Below, one piece after another: positions 10,516-20,250 of a stretch of 64,000 nt of DNA. Position 1 is the stretch's first letter. Every line of letters begins with the position of its first letter. A program made the translations under genes and the position numbers. This stretch comes from a virus. Under the pieces are notes generated by a model. That model was not told the origin of the DNA. It searched no databases and saw nothing but the letters and a program-made list of their open reading frames with translations. The DNA is taken from IMG/VR virus record IMGVR_UViG_3300013131_000021; one strand, 5' to 3'.

Positions 10516-11252
10516 TTGTCTCCGTAAATAGCTAAAATCTCCTTAACTGCTTCGTGTCTCTCGACATCATTAATATCAAACTGCACGATGTCTACGTACC
10601 TGTGATTTTCAAAATTATTATAAAGTTGTAAAAATTCTAATAATCCATTAGTACTTGGGCGATCAGCTTGTTGCAAATCACCCGTTACGACCATTTTACT
10701 ATTTTGTCCTAGTCTAGTTAACAACATTTTCATTTGACTAGGAGTAGCATTTTGCATTTCATCTGCAATGATGACTGAATTTTTAAAAGTCCTACCTCTC
10801 ATATATGCTAAAGGACTGGTTTCTATCACCCCCTCTCGTACAAAATTTTCTATCTCCCTAGCATTAAAATTCTCAGAAAATACGTCAAAAATAGGCTTGG
10901 TCCAAGGTTCCATTTTTTGATTAAGGTCCCCGGGCAAGAATCCGTGTTGCTCATCAACACTGACAGCAGGTCGAGTTATAATCACTTTATCTGCAGATCC
11001 ATATTTTAATTGATCGATAGCCCACTGAACGCCCAACATGGTTTTACCCGTACCAGCTGGGCCGATAGCGAATATAATCATTTTATTAGTGTCGTTTAGT
11101 TTGAGTAGATAAGTCTCTTGACTTAGATTTTTGGGATATATTTGAATTCGCTTTCGCTTTTCATTTAATCGGTGATCAATATTTATAACATTGCTGTGAA
11201 ACCGTGGATCGTATTGCTCTTTTTGCTGAACTTGCGCTCTTTTACGCTTCAT
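10512..11252 (-). CDS. phoH: PhoH-family ATPase
   Basis: GPAGTGKT, RPAV, GFLPG, YMRGRT, DEMQN, TGDLQQAD; RBS GAGGAGG. Confidence 0.93.
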   Translation of the reverse strand: MKRKRAQVQQKEQYDPRFHSNVINIDHRLNEKRKRIQIYPKNLSQETYLLKLNDTNKMIIFAIGPAGTGKTMLGVQWAIDQLKYGSADKVIITRPAVSVDEQHGFLPGDLNQKMEPWTKPIFDVFSENFNAREIENFVREGVIETSPLAYMRGRTFKNSVIIADEMQNATPSQMKMLLTRLGQNSKMVVTGDLQQADRPSTNGLLEFLQLYNNFENHRYVDIVQFDINDVERHEAVKEILAIYGDN

Positions 11253-11273
11253 ATAAGGTTAGCCCTCCTCTAA

Positions 11274-11317
11274 GTGTTAGGCACGGACCCTAAACCGTTG
11301 TGTCCGTAGCCGAACAC
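11274..11317 (-). promoter_or_regulatory. GC-rich stem-loop in the phoH leader, just downstream of a TAAATA box (11323-11328, - strand)
   Basis: Arms 11274-11288 and 11302-11317 are complementary with one mismatch and one bulge. Confidence 0.65.
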
Positions 11318-11392
11318 AAAGTTATTTAATCCAGACTGACAAAAGTAAACTGTTATGTTTGATTTTTGTCGATAAATACAAAGGGAGAAATT

Positions 11393-11932
11393 ATGGCTGA
11401 TATAAAAGATATTATAGCTAACGTAGAACAAGTATACGGTTCTAACAACAGCTTGAATCTGCTTAAGGATTTTGAGCGGGTAATAGACGAATTAGATGTC
11501 TATGTGTACGAAAACTGGATTGATGGCGAACTAGTCAGCGGACCTAACGAAAGTAGATATTTTGTGGAATGCACGTTTATGTGGCCGGAAGATAAAATGC
11601 CGGAACCGGCAGGTGGGAAACGTCTGTTAGAATACGGATGTAAGGTCCGTGTAGCACAGAGCGAAATAGCAAAAGTAAGAAAAATTAAAATACCGGATGA
11701 TATTCGCCCAGGAACACGTAAAGGTAAGATAGACAGAGATCCAATATGGATGATAAAAATTTCTATGCCTAAAAAATTAATGAATGACATCAATAGAGGG
11801 TATACTGAACTAGACAAGAATAAAATTGAAGATATTATAAATGGAATGGGGGTAAATGCCCACATTGATCCCGCAGAACAACAAGCACAGGAGATGGCCA
11901 ATGCACAGGCAGAACAAACACCAGCAGCTTAA
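11393..11932 (+). CDS. Conserved phage hypothetical protein (late)
   Basis: ATG at 11393 with GGGAG RBS; TAAATA at 11373-11378. Confidence 0.65.
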   Translation: MADIKDIIANVEQVYGSNNSLNLLKDFERVIDELDVYVYENWIDGELVSGPNESRYFVECTFMWPEDKMPEPAGGKRLLEYGCKVRVAQSEIAKVRKIKIPDDIRPGTRKGKIDRDPIWMIKISMPKKLMNDINRGYTELDKNKIEDIINGMGVNAHIDPAEQQAQEMANAQAEQTPAA

Positions 11933-12659
11933 TGAAGGTCTTCGTGCTATGGATCTTAAAGAAATGATACAAAACATTTTTGAAGTTGATGCTTTCAAGT
12001 CAAAAATGGGAGAAGATAAAGATGTTTGTGTCTTAAGTTTCAAGGTAAAAGACCGACATCCTGCAATAGATCTTATGGAATTTATCGAAAAAGGTTTTCC
12101 TTTCGTACTAGATGCCGATGTCAGTTCGGGTGAGAACGATCAAGGGGATTACTCTGTATTTGTAGAAATTTCTAGAACTCCTAAATTATCAGAAGAGATA
12201 AAAGAAATATGCTACGGAATTAAAAGATTAACAGGCATAGAAGATTTTAAATTCAAATATCATAAAGAATCAACAATTCACGAAGCGTCAGAGACAAATT
12301 TAAAAAATCACATTCCACCTACACCAAATGAATACACAGGTTTCGTAACAAAGATACGAACAGAAGGTATAAAAAAATTCTTTAATAAAACTTTAATGGA
12401 CGATTTAAAACTTGATGGTAATATTATTACGATTTATAAACCATTCGACAAACAAATTAAATTAGAAATAGTTAAAGAATCAACAACTAAATCTATATTA
12501 GAGGAAATAGGTGTTGGCCCGTCAGTAGATGAAAGCTCTATGAGCGAAATTTTCTGGCTTACAAAAGTTTTAGGTGATTACAATATTAACAAATTAGGAA
12601 ACAATTTTATTTTTAATAATGGTGATCACTCTATTTTATTGAAAAGGATCGAAAAATGA
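11901..12659 (+). CDS. Hypothetical protein, possibly a head protein with an N-terminal LNE propeptide
   Basis: ATG at 11901 preceded by CAGGAG; begins MHRQNKHQQLNE|G. Alternative start at 11949. Confidence 0.55.
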   Translation: MHRQNKHQQLNEGLRAMDLKEMIQNIFEVDAFKSKMGEDKDVCVLSFKVKDRHPAIDLMEFIEKGFPFVLDADVSSGENDQGDYSVFVEISRTPKLSEEIKEICYGIKRLTGIEDFKFKYHKESTIHEASETNLKNHIPPTPNEYTGFVTKIRTEGIKKFFNKTLMDDLKLDGNIITIYKPFDKQIKLEIVKESTTKSILEEIGVGPSVDESSMSEIFWLTKVLGDYNINKLGNNFIFNNGDHSILLKRIEK

Positions 12660-13285
12660 GCTTTACATTTAATTTTACCAAAGATCAACTAAAACAAATG
12701 ATTCCTAAGAATCCATATATTGATAACTGGTACAAAGCTATATCTGAAATTCTGCCAGAGTACGAAATTAATACACCAAAAAGAGTAGCAGCATTCTTAG
12801 CACAGTGCGCACACGAAAGCGGTGGTTTTATTTTCTTAAAAGAAAATCTAAACTACAAAGCACCTAGCCTACGTAAAGTATTTCCTAAATATTTTGCAGA
12901 CGATGCTACCGCAGCAGCCTATGCAAATAAGCCAGAAAAGATCGCTAACAGAGTCTATGCTAATCGTATGGGCAATGGAGATGAGAATAGCGGAGACGGA
13001 TGGCGTTATTGCGGTCGTGGACTGATCCAGTTGACAGGTAAAGATAACTACACATTCTTTGCTGCATCCTTAGATATCCCTGTTCAGGAAGCAGCAGAAT
13101 ATCTACAGACATTCGAAGGCGCTGTTCAATCAGCTTGCTTCTTCTGGGAACAGAACAATCTTAATCAATGGGCAGACAAGGGAGACATCCTCACATTGAC
13201 CAAACGTATCAACGGTGGTACTATTGGACTTGAAGATCGTCAAAAGCATTATGAACACGCTCTGCATATCTTCGAAGCTCACTAA
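12656..13285 (+). CDS. Glycoside hydrolase family 19 (chitinase-like) endolysin
   Basis: FLAQCAHESGG, YANRMGNG, YCGRGLIQLTGKDNY, RINGG.IGLEDR. Confidence 0.92.
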   Translation: MSFTFNFTKDQLKQMIPKNPYIDNWYKAISEILPEYEINTPKRVAAFLAQCAHESGGFIFLKENLNYKAPSLRKVFPKYFADDATAAAYANKPEKIANRVYANRMGNGDENSGDGWRYCGRGLIQLTGKDNYTFFAASLDIPVQEAAEYLQTFEGAVQSACFFWEQNNLNQWADKGDILTLTKRINGGTIGLEDRQKHYEHALHIFEAH

Positions 13286-13287
13286 CA

Positions 13288-13755
13288 ATGTGGTATATTC
13301 AATGGATGCTGAGTCTTATTCCAGATAGCATTTATATTTGGATCACATATGGCCTAATGGGTCTGGGACTAGCACTGTACATAGCTAGTAAACTTGTAGC
13401 GTGGATTCCACTGATCAGTCAATATAAATTACCGGCTGAGGTAATTGGTGTGATTGTGCTGGTGGGTGGTGCTTTTTTGTTTGGCGGATACGGTGTTGAG
13501 ATGTCATGGAGAGCTAAAGTAGCCGAACTTCAAGAACAGATTAAAGCTGCAGAAGCCAAGAGTCAAGAAGTCAAGGTACAGATACAAGAAAGAATAGTTT
13601 ATAAAACCAAAGTAGTGAAAGAACGGGAAACAGTGTACGTTGACAGAATAAAAGAAATAGCTAAAGAAGTTGATGCCAAGTGCGAAGTAGATCCTAGAGT
13701 AATAGAGCAAATTAACAATGCAGCCGAAGATCCATTTAAGGAAGAAAAGAAATGA
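13288..13755 (+). CDS. Inner-membrane spanin (Rz-like)
   Basis: N-terminal TM segments, coiled-coil periplasmic domain with Cys; lies between the endolysin and a lipoprotein. Confidence 0.7.
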   Translation: MWYIQWMLSLIPDSIYIWITYGLMGLGLALYIASKLVAWIPLISQYKLPAEVIGVIVLVGGAFLFGGYGVEMSWRAKVAELQEQIKAAEAKSQEVKVQIQERIVYKTKVVKERETVYVDRIKEIAKEVDAKCEVDPRVIEQINNAAEDPFKEEKK

Positions 13756-14018
13756 AATACACATTATTAATAATTTCATTTCTATTAGCAGGATGTTCTA
13801 CTTCTATACCTGTGAAAATGAAATTTCCAGAGGCACCGGAGGCTCTACTGCAAAAATGTGAAGATCTAGAAAAACTACCCGTCGATACTAAACAGTTAAG
13901 TGTTACTGCCGAATCAGTGATTAAAAATTACAGCAAATATCATCAATGTCGTATCAAGGTAGAAGAATGGCAGGAATGGTATAAGGCCAACAAAAAACTC
14001 TATGATGATATCAAATAG
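13752..14018 (+). CDS. Outer-membrane spanin lipoprotein (Rz1-like)
   Basis: Lipobox LLAG-C, Pro-rich segment, Y..C near the C-terminus. Confidence 0.78.
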   Translation: MKYTLLIISFLLAGCSTSIPVKMKFPEAPEALLQKCEDLEKLPVDTKQLSVTAESVIKNYSKYHQCRIKVEEWQEWYKANKKLYDDIK

Positions 14019-14026
14019 GAGTTATC

Positions 14027-14272
14027 ATGAAATGGTATCATAGTATGCTCACAGATGGCACAGACTATGGCATAAGCAGTAAAAGAGCTATCACTGTAGC
14101 AGCTTTTATTCTATGTGCAGCTGGCTTCGTTGGTGATCTTATGTGGGACAAGAAAGTAGATCCTAATGTTTATGAAGCGATGATGTACATCGTGATAGCA
14201 GGACTAGGATTCACAGCGTCAGAAAAATTCAGTAAAGCAAAAAAAGAAGATAGTAGTAATAGTAGCAGTTAA
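14027..14272 (+). CDS. Putative holin (two TM helices)
   Basis: SSKR followed by two hydrophobic helices and a charged tail; lysis-cassette context. Confidence 0.55.
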   Translation: MKWYHSMLTDGTDYGISSKRAITVAAFILCAAGFVGDLMWDKKVDPNVYEAMMYIVIAGLGFTASEKFSKAKKEDSSNSSS

Positions 14273-14341
14273 TCCAAGAAAGTATTTCTTGCTTTTTTTG
14301 GGTAAATAACTTTGTAGTTAATGTTATGCGGAAGGAGCGAT

Positions 14342-14626
14342 ATGAACGCAGATCTAAAATTATTCAAATGGGTGATAATCTTACTAGCACTGCCATTGAG
14401 TCTAGCAATTTTTGGCGGCGATAGTTTCCGCTATCCCTGTCAAGATCCCAAAAACTGGGACAAGGAAATGTGCAAGTTACCTACCTGCGATGTAACTAGA
14501 ACCTGTCCAGAGCACATCTTCAAAGGTCAAAGAGATCCTAGATTAGGACCTCTCAAGGATGGGGAGACAACTCCGGCAGCAAAACCAGCAGTATCAATGG
14601 CTCAAGACAATAAAGGATGCAGATAA
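14342..14626 (+). CDS. Membrane-anchored Cys-rich periplasmic protein
   Basis: ATG at 14342 with AAGGAG RBS; N-terminal TM, then YPCQDP...C...C...CP. Confidence 0.6.
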   Translation: MNADLKLFKWVIILLALPLSLAIFGGDSFRYPCQDPKNWDKEMCKLPTCDVTRTCPEHIFKGQRDPRLGPLKDGETTPAAKPAVSMAQDNKGCR

Positions 14627-15180
14627 TGGAAATTTTACAAAAGTTTAAAAAAGAAGATAAGGATACAGGAGATCACTTTATCTATACAGAAGAGCAATTG
14701 ATGGCTCGATTGAAATTTTTTATTGGTATATGTCTAGCGTTGACATTAACAGGAATTGTGTTTGTTGTACTTTATTCCATAATTTTTGTGACCCAACCGT
14801 TAAATGCAATTAGTCCTATCGATCAAAAGTTTTTTGAATTGATTATCCCTATTGCAACGTTTTTAACAGGTACTCTGTCTGGTATCATGTTAGCCGGTAA
14901 TGATAAAGACCTCAAAGCTAAAGCTTTAGAAGCAGCAAATAAGGCTCCTACTGTAAGTCCAGCTCCATCAAGTAATAGCACTGGCGGGGGCGGGTTCGGA
15001 GCATCATTGAATATAGGCGGAGCAACTGCTAGTTTTAAAGCGCCAGGCCCATTCGGTTCAATGGCTGCTACACCTGCTTTTGGAGCATCGACCGAAAGTT
15101 TTGCCGCAGCACCAGCAGCACCATTGATGAGCAGCACTGGTAAACCAATGCCTCAACAACCAGACCACCCAGAAATCTAA
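14626..15180 (+). CDS. Two-TM membrane protein with Ala/Pro-rich tail (holin-like)
   Basis: Two hydrophobic helices followed by a low-complexity tail; TAATG coupling. Confidence 0.55.
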   Translation: MEILQKFKKEDKDTGDHFIYTEEQLMARLKFFIGICLALTLTGIVFVVLYSIIFVTQPLNAISPIDQKFFELIIPIATFLTGTLSGIMLAGNDKDLKAKALEAANKAPTVSPAPSSNSTGGGGFGASLNIGGATASFKAPGPFGSMAATPAFGASTESFAAAPAAPLMSSTGKPMPQQPDHPEI

Positions 15181-15190
15181 GGAGATAAAG

Positions 15191-15418
15191 ATGAAACATA
15201 TTATTTTTGTAGCAGGTTTAGCACTAGCATTATCGTATCCAACTGTCTATGCTGCTGACGCAGATAAGAAGCCAGAAACTAAAAAAGTTTGTGTTGATGC
15301 TCAAGGCAAAGATGGAAAACCTATCATGGATCCAAAAACAAACAAACCAAAACAAAATTGTAAAGAAGTAAAAGTACACAAGAAACATGAAGGCACAGAA
15401 GTTCCTACTAAAAAATAA
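15191..15418 (+). CDS. Small secreted Lys-rich protein
   Basis: Sec-type signal peptide ending VYA-A, two Cys, AGGAG RBS. Confidence 0.6.
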   Translation: MKHIIFVAGLALALSYPTVYAADADKKPETKKVCVDAQGKDGKPIMDPKTNKPKQNCKEVKVHKKHEGTEVPTKK

Positions 15419-15445
15419 TTTTAGCTCAGTAAATCTTAAGTAAAT

Positions 15446-15474
15446 AAAAGGACTACAATTTGTAGTCCTTTTTC
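15446..15474 (+). terminator. Intrinsic terminator-like hairpin (possibly bidirectional)
   Basis: AAAAGGACTACA-ATT-TGTAGTCCTTTT followed by TC. Confidence 0.7.
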
Positions 15475-15490
15475 TATTATAAAAAATAAA

Positions 15491-16333
15491 ATGGATTATT
15501 ACGGTACTTTAGGTTTGAACAGAAATGCGTCTGAAGACGAAATTAAAAAAGCATATCGCAAATTAGCGATGAAGTATCATCCCGATCGTGGAGGTGATCA
15601 AAATAAATTTAAAGAAATTTCAACTGCATATGAGGCATTATCAGATCCAGAGAAGAAAAGAATAATTGATATGGGAGGCGATCCTAATGCACAGCCCAAC
15701 ATGGGCGGATTTAATCAAGGTCCTTTTGAATTTCATTTTGGAACTGAGAATCTTCATGACTTATTCGGTAATTTCGGCTTCGGCGCTTTTGGTAGACAAC
15801 CTGCTAAAAGAAACAGAACGTTGAGTATAAATGTAGAAATCACGTTAGAGGATGTACTATTAGGAAAAGAAATTAACGCTGATATTTCTATACCAGGTGG
15901 TAAAAGTAAAATGATTAATATACAAATTCCCCCCGGAATAGAGCATGGTCAACAAATAAGATACGAAGGAATGGGAGATAATTCTATTCAAGGATTAAGA
16001 CCTGGAGATCTTTTAGTAAACATTCTCGTTAGACAACACAATTTGTTTAGACGTGAAGGAACATCTTTAATAATAGAAAAAGAAATAACAGTATGGGATG
16101 CTATGTTAGGCACATCGATTAACATAGAAACTTTAGATAACAAAAAATTATCAATCAATATTCCACAAGGAACACAACCCGAAACAGTTTTAAGTTGTAA
16201 AGGTGAAGGTATTCCTCATATGCGCACACGTCAACGAGGCAATTTGTTAATTAAAGTAAAAATTAAAATTCCCAAATCGTTGCCAGCGCATCAAAAATCT
16301 ATAATAGAAAACTTTCAAAAAAATGGAATATAA
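15491..16333 (+). CDS. DnaJ/CbpA-type co-chaperone (J domain plus C-terminal domain, no zinc finger)
   Basis: YY..LG, HPD motif, G/F-rich linker, GDLLV, GNLLI. Confidence 0.9.
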   Translation: MDYYGTLGLNRNASEDEIKKAYRKLAMKYHPDRGGDQNKFKEISTAYEALSDPEKKRIIDMGGDPNAQPNMGGFNQGPFEFHFGTENLHDLFGNFGFGAFGRQPAKRNRTLSINVEITLEDVLLGKEINADISIPGGKSKMINIQIPPGIEHGQQIRYEGMGDNSIQGLRPGDLLVNILVRQHNLFRREGTSLIIEKEITVWDAMLGTSINIETLDNKKLSINIPQGTQPETVLSCKGEGIPHMRTRQRGNLLIKVKIKIPKSLPAHQKSIIENFQKNGI

Positions 16334-16817
16334 ATTAGGACCTCATCAGAGTTTAATTACCAAAAGCACAGAGTGGAATTTTTTCACTGACGGTGATGCA
16401 GAATTACTCGAAGCATCTATGATTAAATTTATGCTGACATGCAAAGGAATTGGATTAGCAGCCAATCAAATTGAAATTACTAAACGTGTGTTTATTATAG
16501 GCAGTGAAAATATCGTTGGATTTCCTAAACCGTTCGCCTGTTTTAACCCGCGTATATTGGAGTACGGTACTGAACAAATATTAGATGAAGAAGGTTGTTT
16601 AAGTTATCCGGGTTTATTTTTAAAAATAAAAAGACCTACTTGGGTGATTGCCGAATATCAAAATAGTAAAGGCGATTTAATAGAAGCTAAATTTGAAGGA
16701 TATCTAGCCAAATGTTTTCAACACGAACTAGATCATCTAGATGGTATATGTTTTGTTGACAGAGTCAGTAGGTTGAAACTAAACTTAGCTATGAAGAAAT
16801 TAAAGAAGGTAAAATAA
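16323..16817 (+). CDS. def: Peptide deformylase
   Basis: GIGLAANQ, EGCLSYP, QHELDHLDG. Confidence 0.93.
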   Translation: MEYKLGPHQSLITKSTEWNFFTDGDAELLEASMIKFMLTCKGIGLAANQIEITKRVFIIGSENIVGFPKPFACFNPRILEYGTEQILDEEGCLSYPGLFLKIKRPTWVIAEYQNSKGDLIEAKFEGYLAKCFQHELDHLDGICFVDRVSRLKLNLAMKKLKKVK

Positions 16818-19165
16818 TGATCGAACCAAGTAAAAATCTCCAAGATATTTTTCAAAATTCAATTAATGTTGCTAAAAAACTTAATCACGAATATATCACT
16901 GTAGAACATTTGATTTATTGTATAATGTTAGATTCGGATGCATATAATCTAATAGAAAGTTTTGGTGCTGATGCTAATTTTATTAAAACTAATTTAGATC
17001 ACTATCTTAAAAATAATTTAAATGACATTAAAACTTCCGATGCAGATTTTAAACCAAAAAAAACTAATAGTGTAGAACGTGTACTTAATAGATGCTTTAC
17101 ACAAGTCTTGTTTAGCGGCAGACAGCGCATGGAGGTTGCTGATGTTATTATTAGTGTGTTAAGTGAAAAAAATAGTTTTGGTTATTATTTTCTCACTAAG
17201 GGTGGAATAACAAAAGAAAAATTTATTAAATATTTTCAAGAAAATCTTATAGTAGAAATCGACGAAGACATAGAAGTTGAAACTAGGAGTATTACTACGA
17301 ATCAAATTGACAGAATACTAAATCAGTTTTGCACTAATCTAAGTTTAAAAGCAAAACAACGTAAAATTGATCCAGTAATTGGTAGAGATGAAGAAATTGA
17401 AAAAATCCAACTGGTACTTGCTAGAAGAAATAAAAGCAACGTACTGATGGTAGGTGATCCGGGTGTCGGTAAAACTGCCATCGCAGAGGGCCTGGCCCGT
17501 AAGATTTTTGAAAAGAAAGTTCCTAAATTTATTCAAGATCATCAAGTCTATTCTTTGGACATCAGTGCATTACTAGCAGGTTCTAAGTATCGAGGAGATT
17601 TCGAAGAAAGATTTAAAGCTGTTATGACTGCTTTAGAAAAGAAAGAAAAGGTAATTTTATTCATTGATGAAGCACACGTGATGCAAGGAGCAGGTGCTGC
17701 TAATCAAAGCTCAAACGATATGAGCAATATGCTGAAACCTATTCTCACCAAAGGCGTTATTAAGCTAATGGCATCTACAACTTGGGAAGAATATAGAAAA
17801 TATTTTGAAAGCGATCGTGCTTTAATGAGAAGATTTCAAAGAGTCAGCATAGAGGAACCATCTGCAGAAATGACAGTGAAAATACTTAAAGGACTGAGAA
17901 AATATTACGAGAATCATCACAAAGTAAAAATCAGTGAAGCCGCTATCGAACAGGCAGTAAAATTATCTATGAAATATATGTCTGATAAAAAATTACCGGA
18001 CAAAGCTATAGATATAATCGATTGTGCATGTGCTAGATATAAGATAAAAGATGATGCTGCAATGGAAGGAGTAGAACAGATTGTCGATATTGAACAAATT
18101 ACATATGAATTAAGTAAGATGATCAATATGCCTCTAGAAACTGTAGCACAGAAAGAAAGTAAAAATCTCAGTGATCTAGAAAAGCAAATGAAATCTGTTG
18201 TTTACGGTCAAAATAATGCTGTCGAAACTTTATTAGATAAAATTTTTGTAAGTCAAGCTGGCATGAAATCACCCAACAAGCCCATAGGAAGTTTCTTATT
18301 TCTAGGACCAACCGGTTGTGGAAAAACCGAAACAGCTAAACAATTGGCGGACAAAATGGGGATGCAACTTATTAGATTTGATATGGGTGAATATCAAGAA
18401 AAACACAGCGTAGCTAGACTTATAGGTGCTCCTCCCGGATACGTTGGTTATGAAGACAATGCTGGTATGTTGATCACTAAGCTACAAGAACATCCAAATT
18501 CTATTTTGTTATTAGATGAAATAGAGAAAGCGCATCCAGACGTTTCTAATATTTTACTAGCATTTATGGATAATGGATTTGTAACTGGTAGCAATGGTAA
18601 AGTGGCAGACGGTAGAAACAGTATTCTTATTATGACTTCTAATTTAGGTGCTGCCGATAATGAACGTAATACTATAGGTTTTGGAGATTTAGAAAGAGAT
18701 GGTGAAGATGAAAAAGCGGTTAAAAAATTCTTTGCTCCTGAATTTCGTAATCGATTAGATAGTGTAATTAAATTCAGTAAATTATCAAACGAAACTGTAT
18801 CGCAAATTGTAATTAAATTCATTAATGATTTGAATCAACAATTAAAAGATAAGGGTATAGAAATCGTAGCAAATAGCAAATCTGTTGTATGGTTGTCCGA
18901 GAAAGGCTATGATTCTAAGATGGGGGCTCGTCCTTTAGCTAGATTAATTGATAATGAGATTAAAAGTCCGTTGAGTCGTAGAGTTTTATTTGGAGATTTA
19001 GTTAACGGCGGCAGGGTGAACATCGATGTCATAGATGATAAATTAGAATTCACTATATCTGAAATTCCTAAACCGCTAACAAAAGAAGAAAGAAAAGCAG
19101 CAAAAGCAGCAGCAGCCGCTAGAGAATCTGCAAAGGCAGAAGAAAATGTTATCAACCAAAACTAA
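16817..19165 (+). CDS. clpA: ClpA-type AAA+ unfoldase
   Basis: Clp N-domain, two Walker A motifs (GDPGVGKT, GPTGCGKT), IGF loop for ClpP docking, no M-domain. Confidence 0.92.
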   Translation: MIEPSKNLQDIFQNSINVAKKLNHEYITVEHLIYCIMLDSDAYNLIESFGADANFIKTNLDHYLKNNLNDIKTSDADFKPKKTNSVERVLNRCFTQVLFSGRQRMEVADVIISVLSEKNSFGYYFLTKGGITKEKFIKYFQENLIVEIDEDIEVETRSITTNQIDRILNQFCTNLSLKAKQRKIDPVIGRDEEIEKIQLVLARRNKSNVLMVGDPGVGKTAIAEGLARKIFEKKVPKFIQDHQVYSLDISALLAGSKYRGDFEERFKAVMTALEKKEKVILFIDEAHVMQGAGAANQSSNDMSNMLKPILTKGVIKLMASTTWEEYRKYFESDRALMRRFQRVSIEEPSAEMTVKILKGLRKYYENHHKVKISEAAIEQAVKLSMKYMSDKKLPDKAIDIIDCACARYKIKDDAAMEGVEQIVDIEQITYELSKMINMPLETVAQKESKNLSDLEKQMKSVVYGQNNAVETLLDKIFVSQAGMKSPNKPIGSFLFLGPTGCGKTETAKQLADKMGMQLIRFDMGEYQEKHSVARLIGAPPGYVGYEDNAGMLITKLQEHPNSILLLDEIEKAHPDVSNILLAFMDNGFVTGSNGKVADGRNSILIMTSNLGAADNERNTIGFGDLERDGEDEKAVKKFFAPEFRNRLDSVIKFSKLSNETVSQIVIKFINDLNQQLKDKGIEIVANSKSVVWLSEKGYDSKMGARPLARLIDNEIKSPLSRRVLFGDLVNGGRVNIDVIDDKLEFTISEIPKPLTKEERKAAKAAAAARESAKAEENVINQN

Positions 19166-19826
19166 ATTAACTAATCGTAAATTTTATAACAAGTGGTTAT
19201 ATAAAACCACGTTAGAAATCGAAGGCGGTGCAATATTTAGGCTCAAAAATATAGAAGAGATTAAGAAATTTTGTTATTCTCCAGATCAATCGGAACACAA
19301 ATATTCTATATGGTCAAAGGCTTATAAAAATAAAAACAACATTTTGAATATTTGTGAGATTTTAGAAACTTATGACAAAAATATATATCAAACCCGTGTA
19401 GAAAGAAACTTAATTGATTTTTATACTAACGATAAAACATTTTACAGTCAGTTATCTGTGAAATTTGAGAATATTTTAAGACATAGATTTGAGCCTAGTG
19501 ATGCTACAATTAACGCTATAAGTGAATCAAATTGTTCTATCGCTGTGAAAAAATTACCCAAAGATAGATATCAATACAGAGTTTACTTACTACCTCATAA
19601 ACTAGCAGGAGATAAAGAAGCTAAAGTTAGATATATTGATTGGCTTAAATCTCAAAACGATAGAATCACCTGTACTAAAGCTATCGAAAAATGGTTTATA
19701 GAGACAGACTGGAATTGGGACCGAAGATATGTTCTAGTAGAAGACGAACGAGCACTGTTGATGTTAAAACTTAGAAACGCTGAGCTAATAGGACGGATTT
19801 ACAACTTTGTTATAACCGATAAATAA
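19146..19826 (+). CDS. Hypothetical protein
   Basis: 226-aa ORF overlapping the clpA end. Confidence 0.6.
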   Translation: MLSTKTKLTNRKFYNKWLYKTTLEIEGGAIFRLKNIEEIKKFCYSPDQSEHKYSIWSKAYKNKNNILNICEILETYDKNIYQTRVERNLIDFYTNDKTFYSQLSVKFENILRHRFEPSDATINAISESNCSIAVKKLPKDRYQYRVYLLPHKLAGDKEAKVRYIDWLKSQNDRITCTKAIEKWFIETDWNWDRRYVLVEDERALLMLKLRNAELIGRIYNFVITDK

Positions 19827-19829
19827 CAT

Positions 19830-20204
19830 ATGAGCTTCGAAACCGTCAAATTATTAGAAAATATCACTGTAAACTCTGCCTACGGTAGAGATTATAATTC
19901 ATTATTAGATTCCGAAACTTTATTCTATTCGGATAAAGGAAGGGGAGCGGGATACTACAAGTCTAATAACGGTATTCAAACAGTATTTTTTCATGTTGAA
20001 TCATTTGTAGGAACAATAAAGATACAGGCAACCTTAGAATTAAATCCAGGCGATATTGATTGGTTTGATGCTCATATAGAAACTTTTGCTTTAGACAGTT
20101 CAAATTCAAATAGATCCGCTACATTAACCGGGAATTTTGTTTACTTAAGAGCGGAATATCACATCGAAAACGGCGAAATCATAGACGTCCGTTATAATTA
20201 CTAA
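19830..20204 (+). CDS. Hypothetical late protein (beta-rich)
   Basis: TAAATA at 19820-19825 directly upstream. Confidence 0.55.
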   Translation: MSFETVKLLENITVNSAYGRDYNSLLDSETLFYSDKGRGAGYYKSNNGIQTVFFHVESFVGTIKIQATLELNPGDIDWFDAHIETFALDSSNSNRSATLTGNFVYLRAEYHIENGEIIDVRYNY

Positions 20205-20218
20205 CCTCCAAAGTTCGA

Positions 20219-20250
20219 TAAATATAGTATCATCTTAGGAAGATACTATG
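20219..20250 (+). promoter_or_regulatory. Late-promoter box plus RBS/start-occluding hairpin
   Basis: TAAATA at 20219-20224; ATAGTATC (20224-20231) pairs with GATACTAT (20242-20249); the loop contains AGGA. Confidence 0.6.
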
